A stretch of DNA of 63,748 nt, counting the filler, from Bigelowiella natans CCMP2755 (taxonomy: Eukaryota > Protista > Cercozoa): NCBI GenBank assembly GCA_000320545.1. It is 5 parts of 5 records of this genome, joined end to end, with 100 filler letters (N's around TTAATTAATTAA, not from the genome) between each part and the next. Parts side by side here need not be neighbours in the genome. Positions count along the whole stretch, not along the records: positions 40,247 to 50,624 come from ADNK01001262.1; positions 50,725 to 60,772 come from ADNK01002155.1; 3 more parts are not named here. One strand, given 5' to 3'. Below the pieces are notes generated by a model. The model was not told the DNA's origin, did not search any database, and worked only from the letters and a program-made list of their open reading frames with translations. This document shows positions 41,859-55,029 of this stretch, in pieces. The translations under genes were made by a program, and so were the position numbers. Numbering within the stretch: position 1 is the stretch's first letter; each line of letters opens with the position of its first letter.

Positions 41859-42412
41859 CTTTCTTGGAGAGGAAGAGGCAGGCGGAAGGGGGGTGGGCGA
41901 TGATGAGTCTGGAGCTTTGCCTACGAAGCCAGGAATGGGGGATAGATCAGATGAGCAGTAGTTTTTATTCAAAAAATTCCAAGCGAAAACATCTCAGCGA
42001 CAATGGATAACTTCGTGTCGCAGACGAGAAACTAGATAAGAATTTGTGTTCAGCCTAAAAAACACGTCAGATGAGTGTCGCTCACTAAATTTGTCATGGA
42101 ATCCTTCCAGAAATTGTTCTTCCGCGAGGAAATACCAATCTGCCGCGCAAATATCTAAATAATAAATCGAGAGAAAAGAATAATTCGTGGATCCCATCTG
42201 AGATTCAAAAAAATGTTTTGAAATCGAAAAACAAAAAGCTCGTGCATGTGTCCGGTAGAGGGCAGCGGTGGTATTGTACAGTTTTTATGACTGCGACAAC
42301 TCATAGGTCGGTATGCGAGGTGAAAATGGATGCGATTGAGGTTAGAATGACCACAATTTTTGTAATTCGAAAGGAATTCAAAATACGAGTCCAGCGGCCA
42401 GCCTCAAGCGTC

Positions 42413-42859
42413 ATGGCCTTTGTCACCCCAGCTTCCCCTGCCCTCTTGCTTTCAAGTCTGCACGCATATCCGCAAGCAACGCATACTGCGTCTTCTTCTT
42501 CTTCTTCTTCTTCTTCTTCTTCTTCTTCTTCTTCTTCTCCTTCACCTCCGCCTGCCGCCTCATCATCAACGGAGTTGCTTGTACACTCAACACTCGATGA
42601 TACGGCTTTAGATTACGTGATTAGAGTATTCTGGACCCTCTCAAGGTTGGAGAATAAGCGGAAGCGACGAAAATGCGCTCGGCGCTTCATAAAATCGCTT
42701 GGTGTCCCGTTAAGAAGCACGATCGCCCGACAAATACTGCGTTCCCTCTCTGTGGGAATTGATAGAAGGAGAGAAAAGCGTGCCATTGAGTGTGCGGAGC
42801 AGTTCATATCCATCGTTTCCTTCGTGATTAAAGAGACAATGGCCCGCCAGGCAAATTGA
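42413..42859 (+). CDS. Intronless hypothetical basic protein
   Basis: Open frame MAFVTPASP...poly-Ser...LDYVIRVFWTLSRLENKRKRRKCARRFIKSL...QAN*, divergent from the ankyrin gene. Confidence 0.5.
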   Translation: MAFVTPASPALLLSSLHAYPQATHTASSSSSSSSSSSSSSSSPSPPPAASSSTELLVHSTLDDTALDYVIRVFWTLSRLENKRKRRKCARRFIKSLGVPLRSTIARQILRSLSVGIDRRREKRAIECAEQFISIVSFVIKETMARQAN

Positions 42860-43604
42860 TTTTAAACTTAACTATTCATCAAAAATACAACACTAGTTAT
42901 TATTAGAAGCTGGAAAAGTTTGACCGCAGCAGTATTAGTTAAAATGTACTACCAATAGTGGTAGTAGTAGCAGTAGGAAGAGGAGGAGGAGGAGGAGAAG
43001 GCGTATAAATCCTTCTATGTAGCGGAGCAAGGTTCACATGCGAAACAAATCTGTTGCATGCTGAAGTAATTTATGATTTTCGCACCCAAGTTTTATTTGA
43101 AAAATAAATTTAACACGTGAGATGAAACCTGCAATCTCTCCTGTGTTTCCAGCTGCATTATTCACGTCCGAACTAAGCAAGTCTGCTGCTAGTTACAACG
43201 TACACAGCAGCAACTAATACTTTCGCCATGAACACGTGCACTTGTGAAAAATGGCATCTGTCACAATCATGTGTAGCACTCCATCACATTCCACAACAAT
43301 CGCGATCGACTCAATCATGAGCGCACAATCGCAATGACTATGAGCATCGTAATGTGAGCCAGCGCGTGCGGCGACACATCATGCTATCGTCCGTGACCTC
43401 TCGCTGTAGCAGACATGCTGCCTTGCCGCTGATCATGCATGTCGCTGTTGGACCATGCTGTCAACAAACGCAGGAACTAGCTAACAACAGAAGCTACAGT
43501 TTTGTGTGTGGCACAGAATTCAACTTTCATGACTCTACAAAGTGGACCAGCGAACATTGTTGCAGCACGAAGCTTCATCCCATGCTTCTAGCTGCACTAG
43601 CAAC

Positions 43605-44758
43605 TCATAAAATCTCACTTGGATCGGGGCAAACACGAGCATTTGGTCTAGCCAAGGAGGTCATGAGGGAGATTTCCTCTTCTGTCAAATCAACATTAAG
43701 TGCGCCAATGTTGGATTCTAAGCGTTGCTGGTTTGTAGATTTTGGGACGGGAACGCAGTTTCGGTGCACGTGCCAGCTAAGTACCACTTGGGCTGGAGTT
43801 GAGGAATGCCTCGATGATATCTCTTTGATCACTGGATCATCTAAAACACCGAGAAGGCCCGACCCAAGCGGGCAATAGCACATGACCTGCGTGCCACTCG
43901 CTTGCATCTCTTCGACCAGCTCCTCCCGTGGGAGATAAGGGCTGCACTCGATCTGGTTTAGCATGGGTCGCATTGTCCACGATTCCGCGAGTTGGTCCAT
44001 GTGATAGAGCTCGAAGTTCGAGACACCGATCGTCCTTGCTTTTCCGGCTTTGTGCGCGTCCTCCAGCGCGGCCCAGATCTCCGCCCTCTTTGCCTTCCCG
44101 AGGCCGGCGTCCGTATTTCCGATCTGACCTGGCCAATGAACCAGTAGAGAGTCCACATATTCCAGGCCCAGGTCTTCCAAACAACCGTCGATGTCCTTCG
44201 ACGCGCCTTCGTAAGCGGAGAGTCCGGGGTCGTCCACGTAAGGGCACCTCTCGTGGCTTCCTGGGAAATTGGGGTGAGCAACCTTTGTTGAGACGAAAAT
44301 TTCCTCGCGAGATAACTCTCCTTTAGAAAATGTATCCCTGAGAGCATTCCCGATCACTTTCTCATTGTAGTACATCTGTGCTGTGTCAATGAGCCTACCG
44401 ATGAAACAAAATGTGCATCATCAAGCTCTTGCCGCTTTTCCCCGACGAGATAATTGATTATCGGGAACTGAAATGCAGACAAACCTGTAACCAGCAGCAG
44501 AGCCATTTCACCATGTGAATCCGTGCAGATCCGAATGATTCTTCTGATTGGGACATGCAGTGGAGAAGGGAGATGCATTGCGAATGTCAATACATTTGGG
44601 GTTTACACCAAGTAGTGATAAGGGGAGGAACCAATGTCGACGAAGACAGCCGTTCCGTAGCCGATTCGAGGCATTTTCACGCCGTCAGGACCCACCCTGA
44701 GCGCTCCCTTAGATGTCGATAGGAGCCTCCTCGAGGAGGAGATGCACTGCCTCCGCAT
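43605..44758 (-). CDS. Aldo-keto reductase with putative mitochondrial presequence; apparent frameshift in exon 2
   Basis: MPRIGYGT; GYR|LIDTAQMYYNE; REEIFVSTK; LEYVDSLLVHWP; IGVSNF; NQIECSPY; VPVPKS. The catalytic D/Y/K/H tetrad is present. N-terminus MRRQCISSSRRLLSTSK. Confidence 0.93.
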
Positions 44759-45042
44759 GAAGACCCGAGCGAGTGTATAAAAGGTGAGTTTTTCTTTTTG
44801 AAAAAAATGATTGTTCATATCCTGCGACAATATATTTTTCATTGTCACGGGATAAATTTGCCGATCATTTTTGAAAAATGTCCTCGCTTGGAATTTCGGT
44901 ACGATTTTGAGCTTGTCGCAGGTCAAAGTTGGAGCAGTTTTCGTAGTCGTCGCACATCGACCAAATAAGGTAAAACACCACACGTTTTTCGCCTACGACA
45001 ACAAAGCAAGGCACTGCCGCCCCCGCTTCAGTTACTCCATTA

Positions 45043-45748
45043 ATGTCCTTCTCAGCCGGGGACGCCCCTCCGGTGGGCTCTGATACGGAGCTTGGAGATA
45101 TCATGCAAAAGAAAGGACTGAACGAGGCCATCGATCATCTATTCTCTTTCTTGTAATAATTATGCACTCGTTATCGAAGAGAATCAATCTTTGAGATTGG
45201 GAGTTGCCCACCGCCACAGTGCCATGCTATGCGATTTACTACTCGACTCTGCACAGGTACAAGGAGGGGATGCCAACCGAAAACGTGTATAATATGTGTT
45301 CTAAAGAGATCAAACGCTTTGGCAAAGAGTTCGAAGCACGAAAGCTAGGGAAAATGCCAGTGAGCAGCTAATAGTGCGATTGAATGGAAAATATAAATTC
45401 CCAACTTATTTCAGATGTTCCTCTAATTTCATATATTCCGACAATTCTATTTCAAGCTGTCGTCTACCATGAATAACACTTTCATCTTGTTTTTCCTGCC
45501 AACAAATCAGCATTCTGATGGGGCAGTAGAGAGTAGCCAAGACGATGCCAAAGTTGGAAGTAGCAGCAAAGAGGAAAGGCCGAACAACGAAAAGGAGAAG
45601 GAAGAAAACAGGAATAATTGAAAAGGAGAGGAGCAATAGATCAAATAAGGGGAAGGGAAAAGAGCTAAAAGGCAAAGAGAAGGAAAAGAAACCAGTACCA
45701 GCGGATAACGTGGACGAAATATTCGAAAGATATTGCGAAAATAGATAA
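45043..45748 (+). CDS. Small hypothetical protein (3 exons), possible RIIa/Dpy-30-like helical hairpin
   Basis: MSFSAGDAPP...GLNEAIDHLFSFL|YKEGMPTENVYNMCSKEIKRFGKEF... splices in frame via GT-AG. The frame of the last exon is uncertain. Confidence 0.5.
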
Positions 45749-46324
45749 GAAACCTTCACCAAAGTAGCTGTTGGTAGAAAGTAGTGTGAGTGAATGTTCT
45801 CATTGTAACAGCAGCAATAAAGTAGATGTAGGAAGCTCATGATAACATAGCCAAATGTAGGACAATTCACGATATATATTTATGTAGATTTATAGCTTAC
45901 AAGCTTATGATTAATGTCAATTATGATGTCGGCCTGATTTAGACAATAGATGGGCGTATCGACAATTAGATGTCACATTTATTTTACGTCGTGTGTTTAC
46001 GCATATGACACATCCACGCTAGCATGGCATATGCCTAGGCAATGGCTAGCACATTGTATGTATTGCTCACCATATAATGCATGCCGGTGCCGACCACGTA
46101 CGCTATAATATGTGCAGCCTCATGAAGCAGCGCTGCGATGTACTATAGCATGCTAGCCGAGCGGCGCTGCTCATTACACGTTAGGCGTAGCCTAACGTGT
46201 AGATACATTTGTGATGAGTATGTGATGGACACACTATCTAGCTACACTAGTACATGCTAGCATAGCTAGATCTAGAGATAGCTGAAACAAATAAACACAA
46301 TTTAAGGACTGTAGCCGAAGGCTT

Positions 46325-46390
46325 GCACAGCTACATTAGGATGACAATTATTTTATTTTAAATATTAAGACAGATTCATAACATCGTCTC
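46325..46390 (-). repeat. Inverted copy of the ~60-bp intergenic repeat
   Basis: Reverse complement reads GAGACGATGTTATGAAT...GTCATCCTAATGTAGCTGTGC. Confidence 0.75.
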
Positions 46391-46829
46391 ATGTACACCA
46401 ACCATGATAAAATGTAATCTGCCGCCACGTACAGATTCATGCATTACACATCTAGACAAATTCGACACGCAACTGTCTAGCTGTGCTACATACTACCATA
46501 CATACGCATACATGCTAAGCACGCGCCCTATTAATGTGTTAAAACGGCGAGCCCTTGGCACATCCTAGCATCGTGATGAATAACAACAACGCACTAGATA
46601 GATACGATTTGTAGAACACATGGCATGGTATCAACACACGTACATGAGTAGAGAGGTGCAGCTGGACCATCAGTCGATGTATTGTGCGATTGTACGACTA
46701 GCGATTTTCTGTACGCATGTTATACACTTTACTTTTATGATTCGACAATCCCACTCCCCCCTTGCATGATGTGTAGCCACCGGACAGCATATATATATAT
46801 GCTTGCTCTTAATAATCGTACATTAAGGA

Positions 46830-47365
46830 TCATGATAGATCTGGTCGGAATTTGAGCGCCTGCTTGCGGATCTCCTCGTTGTAATCATCCCTATTTTCCC
46901 TACGTAAATTTAAAGACACGGAAGGCGACAGACAACGAAGAATACGGGAGTCAAACATTCGGCGTTGGCAGCTGCATCTCTTATGCATTTAACAATCTAG
47001 TTCAACTTGACAGAAATTATTTTTTTCTATCCAAAGGGGTGATCAATCGCGCCCCCCAGCTTGCAAAAAAGCTGTCGTTTGTCGCTATTAATTTCACGAG
47101 TTCCGGACACCCCATTTTCAAGAAGTTGCCAGATTGTTTACGATTCACAACACGACACATAATTAACGCATCCGCACAAACGAGTCGTCGCAATGTACGT
47201 ATTTACTAGCACTGCATAGGTCACAGTTTACCTGTAAAGGTCAAAGGCTTCCTGCTGTGCTGGGTCCTTGATGTTCGGTTCCGTCAGAAGAGCTTGGATC
47301 CCGAGAAGAATCTGCCCAGGAAGAGAAAGATCTTCAGGATGATGTTCGAATCTAACACGGACCGA

Positions 47366-47418
<53 letters not shown>

Positions 47419-48365
47419 ATATGCCAGATTAGTGAGCTAATGAGCTCCTACTTCCACAAATCTCACTTACACCAAACAGCAACAGCAGCAGCTACAAACG
47501 ACATGTAGATAGAAGCATGAGACGTATTGATTCATTCACCTGTTTCACAGTGATACCAGGCTTCCAGCCTTTATCCTCATCGAGGATACTCAGACAGATA
47601 GTCCCCGAAGGATAAACGTTTGGATGGAAAAGAGGCGGTTTAAACTGGCCTGTAATGGCGGCGAGGGGAAGGGGACGAGTACGACAGCAGGAAAAAGAAT
47701 CAACACTGATGATAAAGGCTTATGAGGAACTAGGAGAACTTACATTTTGGGGGTTTGGTTGGATAGTCTGCTGAGAACTTCATCGTTACTTTGTAAACAC
47801 CTCCCTCCCACAAGGTCTGGTGGATAGTTTTCAAAGTGTGAGGAGTGGAAGAAGTCGTGAAAGGCCAAAGACCAAGCACCGAATCGTTCGAGTTTAGAGT
47901 AGTGCTGATATACTATTACGTTCTTTTTCCCGGGTATTCCGCATACCCACATCATCAGGTCCTGTGATCCATCAGATTTCTTTTCTGGACGGGCATAAAA
48001 CCCCTGCGTATTGGTGGCATGTAAGGCGGGTGTCCTCGGGATTAGGATGAATGCGAAGGGAAATGACAAGGGGTTAAGTGTGCTTTACATGTGGATGGGA
48101 CTTTCTCCATTCCTGAAGTGAAATCAGACGAAGAAAGGGCGGTTAGTTCGCTGGCAGCGGAAGACGATCAACGAATGGAAAAAGTGGGGGTAGTTGGCTG
48201 GCGACATACTCCAGCCGTCTATGAAAGCTAAGCAAATCTCTTCGCACAAGTAAAGTGCGACGAAGCTGATTACAACTGGCAAGCCAGAAGGGAGAAAGTA
48301 TGCGTTGACTCTTGATGAGAGCTCACCCTTCGTTCTGTGGCCAGCCTCTTCCTCGCGAGAGCCAT
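46830..48365 (-). CDS. UBC9: SUMO-conjugating enzyme Ubc9 (7 exons)
   Basis: [13 protein letters not shown]|EWRKSHPH|GFYARP...[14 protein letters not shown]|TLWEGGVYK...YPTKPPKC|[36 protein letters not shown]|[19 protein letters not shown]...|...KFRPDLS*. Confidence 0.97.
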
Positions 48366-48837
48366 TTTAACGTGGTTTCAAAGTCAGATTCTACGCGGAG
48401 ATAAGCCCATTTCCCTCCTTCGATGAACCTATTTTTACCCTACGACAATCAAAATGTTAGGCCGCACTTCTCAAATACACGTAAGTTGATGGAGGGCTAC
48501 CTCTCCAAATGCCGAATGTCCTCTTTGCTTGGGAGAGTTCCGGGAAAATCGTGCCGCACCGATGGATTCCAGGAGGTTTTGACTTTCCCCATAGATTTTG
48601 ATCCTACGACTGAAAATTACGTGAGACGCACAATCAAATGACGTACATTTTTCTGCGAAATGCGAGCCGATTTGTTTTAAAAATTTAAAAAGCGGGCATT
48701 TGAACTTTTGAACTGGGCTCCCCCTATCACTCACTCTAATTGGCAAGCTCCAAAAAATAACTGAGAGAGAGAGAGAGGGAGCGGAAGCTCAGCTAACGTG
48801 AGGAGGGAGCAGCTGCCGCGCTGCTTACACCTAATTC

Positions 48838-50520
48838 ATGAGTGTTATAATGGCTGGTGTGAAATCCCTCATCATTATTCTGGCGGCGACCCCTTCCCTT
48901 GGCCGCGTCGTCACAGAGAAGCAGGTTTTCGGAGGTATTGGCATGGGACGGGGGGCGCTAGGCGTTCTGGATGTGAAGAATGAGTTGCAAGGAAGGGTCG
49001 AGTCTGCACCATCAACCTCCTCCTCCTCCTCCTCTTCTATTCCCGGTGACAACGCGGTGCCTCTCCAGCTCCCAGATCTGCCCAATCTTCCATCGTTTGA
49101 CGACCCGGCGAAGGAGCTCAACGATGCTAAGCCGCTGCCTACAGGTCTGAAGGACTTCGATCTCTCTGAAGCATCTACTGAGCTAGGATCATTGGCTGGC
49201 GGTGCAAATGAGGGGGACGCTGCTAAAAGCAGCAAGGTTGCTGAGCATATAAAGATGGGGCTATTCAATGCGCCTATTTCGCCATCCCTGGCGGCGTCTC
49301 CAGCTTCTTCTTCTTCCTCATCATCATCATCTGCCACGACGTCTTCCTCTGCAGACAAGTTCCACTTCCGCGAAATTGGGGGCATGGACGCAGCACAGGG
49401 CTCAGCCAACGGAGGAGGGAAGGACAGCATGATTTCAGGCGTTGCTCAGTCACAGTCTCATCAGAAATCTGGCGATGGTCGACAAGCAGATCTTGCGACT
49501 CCTGAGCAATATGACGAACCGAAGATGAAAAAAATTGCATTGGCGTCTAAGGCGAAGGAGCTGATCGATCAGTAAGTCATAGCTGGAATAGGGCAAAAGG
49601 GTAGAGAAGAGAGGGAACGCTTTCAGGGAAAAGCGATATTATCGAAGTATATGACGCGTGGGTGGAATTGACGGCTTTGTAGCAGCTCAATTTGTCGTAC
49701 CCTCATTCACCCCATCCCTGGAATTCGGTTGCCATTGGATTTGGGAGTGTGTGCAGATGGTTTCGACGGGAGGAGAAAGGAGAGAACGAGAGAGAGGGGT
49801 TGGAGGATTGTTGCGGAGCGAAGTTCTTTCCAGCCTTTTTCCCCATTTCCCTTTTCTGAGCCTTGCTGAGGGATGCCTGCAATCATGATGCGGTTGACGT
49901 TCTTGCCTAAAGTGTTTGTCTGTTTTTTGCAGGTACAGCTTGAAGCTCACAGATGCGACGGCAGCGTTGCGAAGACTGAGTGATGTTGTGTCGAGAGAGG
50001 TTATCTTCTTTCTTCCTTCTGCTTTGTCCTCCTTTCTCTTTCCTCCTCGTTCGTTCATCCCCTGATCTTCTCCTTCCTCCCTCGCCCCCCCCCCCCCCCT
50101 GGTCTCCACAGGTTTTGACGTCAAAAACCATCCGCGATATACTTTCTAACTATCGGTTCAAGTACATCGAGCTGCTGAAGGATATCAGGACGAAGACGAG
50201 TCGAATCAAGGAGCTCAAGGTACATTCGTAACAACACGACAGCAATGATAAATATCGTCGTAATCATAGTGATAGTGGTGGCCAATGGAGTTCTAAATGG
50301 CAGCGCTCTTGGTCGGCGTCAGGGGGGGAGAGAGGGAGATTAAGATTGAATGAATCGAAGAATGTTCCCCACTTATTCTCTCGATTCATTTCGTGCTGAA
50401 GGATAGAAGTATCCTGGGTGTTATTGTGTGAATGTTTGAGTGTTCGTCGTCCATTTATACGCTCGGCTTATCGCCCTTCTGCATCTTTTCCTTCTAGGGT
50501 CTCATCGGCCAGCTTTACAA
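48838..50520 (+). CDS. Hypothetical protein with signal peptide and coiled-coil; 3' end in gap
   Basis: 245-codon first exon starting MSVIMAGVKSLIIILAATPSLG; further exons YSLKLTDATAALRRLSDVVSRE|VLTSKTIRDILSNYRFKYIELLKDIRTKTSRIKELK. Confidence 0.7.
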
Positions 50521-50570
50521 GAATAGGCTACACGAGGGTTGTGTGTGCGTGTGTGCATGTGTGTGTGTGT

Positions 50571-50607
<37 letters not shown>

Positions 50608-50624
50608 GTTGGGAGGAGGAGAGA

Positions 50625-50724
50625 NNNNNNNNNNNNNNNNNNNNNNNNNNNNNNNNNNNNNNNNNNNNTTAATTAATTAANNNNNNNNNNNNNNNNNNNN
50701 NNNNNNNNNNNNNNNNNNNNNNNN
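50625..50724. other. Assembly gap with artificial linker
   Basis: N-TTAATTAATTAA-N, 100 nt. Confidence 0.97.
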
Positions 50725-50833
50725 ATATTAGTAAAATATAGGCACTGAATACGCTATTATATTCCAGGCTTGCAGCAGCAGCAACAACAACAACAACAAC
50801 AAACAACAGCTACTGAACCGAGATCATTACCAC

Positions 50834-50973
50834 TTTGGACAACGCCTCATTGTTCTTGACTTTTCGCTCCAATCTGAGGAAGAGGAGGAAGAGGAGGAGG
50901 AGGAGGAGGAGGAGGAGGAGGAGGAGGGAAAGAAGGGGTGAGAGGAGAGAAGGTCAATTTCTTTATTTTGTAG

Positions 50974-51054
<81 letters not shown>

Positions 51055-51727
51055 CTCTTGCTGGCCTTCTTACCCCGCACTTGCCTCTGATTGTGTGCTA
51101 CTGATGTTCATCTTCCCTCCTCCTCCCTCTTCACTGCTGTCTTGCAGCTGCTTTCCATGACAACGATCACACGCAGGGAAAAGATACAAGGGAGCATGAT
51201 GAGAGAAAGAGGATTTCCGAACACTCCATATCAACAAAGAGCGATGTTGTGGGCGTTACGTCAAGAAGAATCAAACAGGGACACGACACATCATCAGCAG
51301 CATCAGCAAGAAAATCAGTCGAGAGCGACTCTTTGACTTTCTCTCGAAAGAGTAAAGTCATCAGTGTGTGCTCTAACCATCATCTTGCTAGAAGAATGCG
51401 TGCTCTCCTCTCCTTTCAACCCCCACACCTTTTTGGCTTTGTCTTCATCATCCCTCTCCTTCTCCGCGAAAAGGATTTCCAGCGATTCCTGCCATATATA
51501 ATAACACAAGGATGTGAGGAGGAGGAGGAGGAGGAGGAGGAAGAAGATTATGTGTACTACATACATGGTACGTCTTGAAGCAGTTGACTGGATCTCCCAT
51601 TAGCATGTATTCATTTGCGAGGTTAGCAAGCACCACCCCTTTGCTCCTGGAAGAAAGAAAGAAAGAAAGAAGGCGAAATAAGAAGGCCAATAAGGAAAGG
51701 GAAGAAGGAGAGAGGGAGGGAGCGAGG

Positions 51728-51769
<42 letters not shown>

Positions 51770-52191
51770 ACTGCATGCCGGGGGAGGAACAAACACGTAT
51801 TTTAAGCCATACTGAAAGCGAAATAAAGGCAGAAATATCTGAAAATCCGTGGATTTTTTACATCTTCTCCGGGCCCTTCTCGATCAGCGCTAGGACCTGA
51901 AAGAACGTGCAGTACGACGTCAAAAACTCCTTGCGCTCTCTCTCACTCTCTCTCTCTCTCTCTCTCTCCCTCTCTTTCTCTTTCTCTTTCCCTCTCTCCC
52001 CGCCTCCTCGCTCTGTTTATATGTAAGTGTGTATTCAAGCTGCCATGTAGCTTACTACTAGATTACTGCTACTGCTTCTTTTCCTTTCTTTATGACCTCG
52101 TTAAAATAGTCGAGCGACTGCTTGTGACGGCCTAGCATGCCCTCCAATTGACCCATCTAACCACGAGGAGGGAATGACAGTAAATGCTCTG

Positions 52192-52231
<40 letters not shown>

Positions 52232-53450
52232 TGTGTGTGTGCGTGTAGTTGTGTGTGATAGTGTGTGATATTCATGATGCCTGGTTCAGAATGTAAATCT
52301 TGGTCGGCTTAGACTGGAGCGTTTCGTCGTTCAAATCCTGATGAATATTGGGGAGGGGGTGAAGGGGGGGGGGAGGCATACGGAGTTCAAAGTGGGTGTA
52401 CACCGATATCTTAAGTAACAAAGAAAATAAAAGAGAGAGTGAGAGAGAGTTAGAAAGGGAGAACGTCAAGCGTAGCATCAACAACCCTGTGGTTGATACA
52501 CCACCATTGCTTCGCATCATAGGAAGAAAAGACAGCTACCAGGGCCTCACGGTACATGATTAGAGACCCAGCAAATTCGCCCCTCCTTGCCTGTGAGGGA
52601 GGGGGGGAAAGACGGCGAGAAGATGTTATCTACAGCACATGCCAACCAGTGCTGATCTCATATAAAACCGAATTGCAATGTGATGTGCTTTTTTAATTCA
52701 AACATCAGCAATATTGAACAAACATTGGGGGATACGCAAACGCGTAGGAAACCGCACACTCTCCTCTTCCTCCTCCTCCTCCTCCTTTTTCTTCTTCTTC
52801 TTCTTCTTTTTCTCACCAATTCTCGAGCCATTGCCCTTCGCATGCCAACTACGTTGTTGCATAGTACCATCACCCACACCGGTAACTCCGCCGGAGACCC
52901 AGCACTCTTGCCCTTATCTCTCCAGATCTTATAGGCCTGGAACAATGGGAAGGGGTTGGGGGGTGGGGGGTGGGAAGCAGTGAGGGTTTCGGATGACTGC
53001 CTTGACCCTATATCCAAACTACTTCTTTAATGCTTCTTTTCTCTGGTTTTATCGGTCGCGAGATGCTCGCATACGGCACCGGCACCATCACTACTCCTTT
53101 TATCCTGTGATTGTTTGCTATATCGGTAGGAGGAGGAGGAGGAGGAGGAGGAGGAGGAGGAGGAGGGACCTGCTGCAGCTGTAGGTTGGCGTTGCCCACA
53201 TCGTCGGCATCGTAGCTGATTTATCATGATGATGATGATGATTATCAGGCGATGTACCGAACTCTGCACATGCAAAAAAACACGCATCGTGAAATCGTGC
53301 GCGCGCGCGTGTGTGTGTAGTATGCATTGCTTCGGTTTTATAGCTTTGGATTGTGCGTCCGCTCCTCCTCCTCCTCCCTCCTCCCCCTCCTCCTCGTCCT
53401 CCGTGATGAGGCAAAAGCGATATAGGGAGAGAGGAACATGGCGGTAGTTG

Positions 53451-53484
<34 letters not shown>

Positions 53485-53698
53485 AGACAATAACAGAAAG
53501 AATTTAAGATCCTATTTCACGATACGTGTTATTTCTTTCTTTTTTTGCGTTTTTAATGATGCTATTACAAAGCCATTCCCCTGTCGACGTACCTGAATGA
53601 TACGAATGCTTCTTTAATTTCATGATATATGTACCAGAGAAACGCGATTTTATCGCCGGGCAGCACACATACACACGCAAGAGAAAGAATGCATGCAA

Positions 53699-53787
<89 letters not shown>

Positions 53788-54927
53788 TTATACATGTATA
53801 TGCAATATTCTTCGCGTACGGTTGAATCTCTTCCTGCAGAGGATCGGATGTCTTCACAGTGGCTCCCCCCTCATTTGTAAACGGCTGCTGGCTTCGTGCC
53901 CCTCCTCCGCCACTACTACTACGAGACCGGCCCACAATCCGTTCAAAGGCGTCTATCATGCAGCAGCAGAGGGATAAGAAAAAGAAGAACAACAAGAAGA
54001 AGAAGAAGAAGGAGAAATCGTGTTTTTGTTGTCAAGACTTCGAGACGTATTTCCATGCTTTTCTGCACTACCTTTGACGACTTGAAAGCGCTGTTCATCG
54101 CCTCCCGTATCAGGATGGTGCAACTTGACCAGGGCACGATAGGCCCTCTTCACCGAATCGATAGAGCTCTCTGGAGGAGGGCGGAAGGGAGGGAGGGAGG
54201 GAGGGAGGAGGGGGAAGTGCGATTGCGAGCAATGAAATGACTTCTTCGCTCTCTCTCTGTTCCATAGCGCAACTCCATCTCTTCCATTCTCTTCTTCTTC
54301 TTCTTCTTCTTCTTCTTCTCTCCGTTCAATCATTTATCATCATCATCATCGTCATCATCATATGATTGATCATGGCCAGCAGCAGTAGTAGTAGTAGTAG
54401 TAGCAGTATCAGGATTGCTCATCAAACCGGCTGTTATCCCGAGAATGTCCCAATCGCTAATCACCGTGTTAGTCTCGCCCCCTGCTCCTACCGGGTCTTC
54501 TTTACCATCTTACACAGCAGTAAAGAAAGACAAAAAGACGCATCGATAATCGACACTTAAACGGTGGCACAAAGCTCTTGTTTCATCCCCGCACACTGAA
54601 AAGCTAAGGCGATGCTAATTTAACGAAGTAGGAGACGTTACATCGCAGGGAGAGACAGAGGCCTTTGCAAGGACGAGAGAGAAAGAGAGAGGGAGAGAGA
54701 GAAAGAAGGCTAAATCCTATGAACGTCGCATTGCACATACCAGCTTTTGCTTGTGCTGACGTAGGAACTTTGAGCTGTCTCCTGTATGCATCAGGCCGAT
54801 TTTGCGGATTTGGAGAGAAATTCGGCCGGAAAAGGCTGCTCCCAGATGCCGCTCCCCGACGTCTCCATTTTCTCTCTTTTCGTCGCTCGGCGCCCGCACC
54901 TAGCCTGTTGGGGGATTCATCTGGCAT
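50834..54927 (-). CDS. J-domain (DnaJ) protein with downstream TPR-like helices; both ends uncertain
   Basis: SDWDILGITA|ESSIDSVKRAYRALVKLHHPDTGGDEQRFQVVK|DAFERIV carries the HPD motif. TPR-like exons: MGQLEGMLGRHKQSLDYFNE and GVVLANLANEYMLMGDPVNCFK. Confidence 0.75.
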
Positions 54928-55029
54928 TTGTGGTGCGTTGTTTCTCTGATGTGCCCTGTGAGAGCTTTGAGTCCTCCTCCCTCTAGCATGTGTGAGGGCT
55001 GGAGTAACGCTGGATGCCCTGTTTTTATT

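Noticed and set aside
43837-44347. Overlapping alternative-frame ORFs in the aldo-keto reductase
   Set aside because: A by-product of GC-rich codon usage in the real gene.
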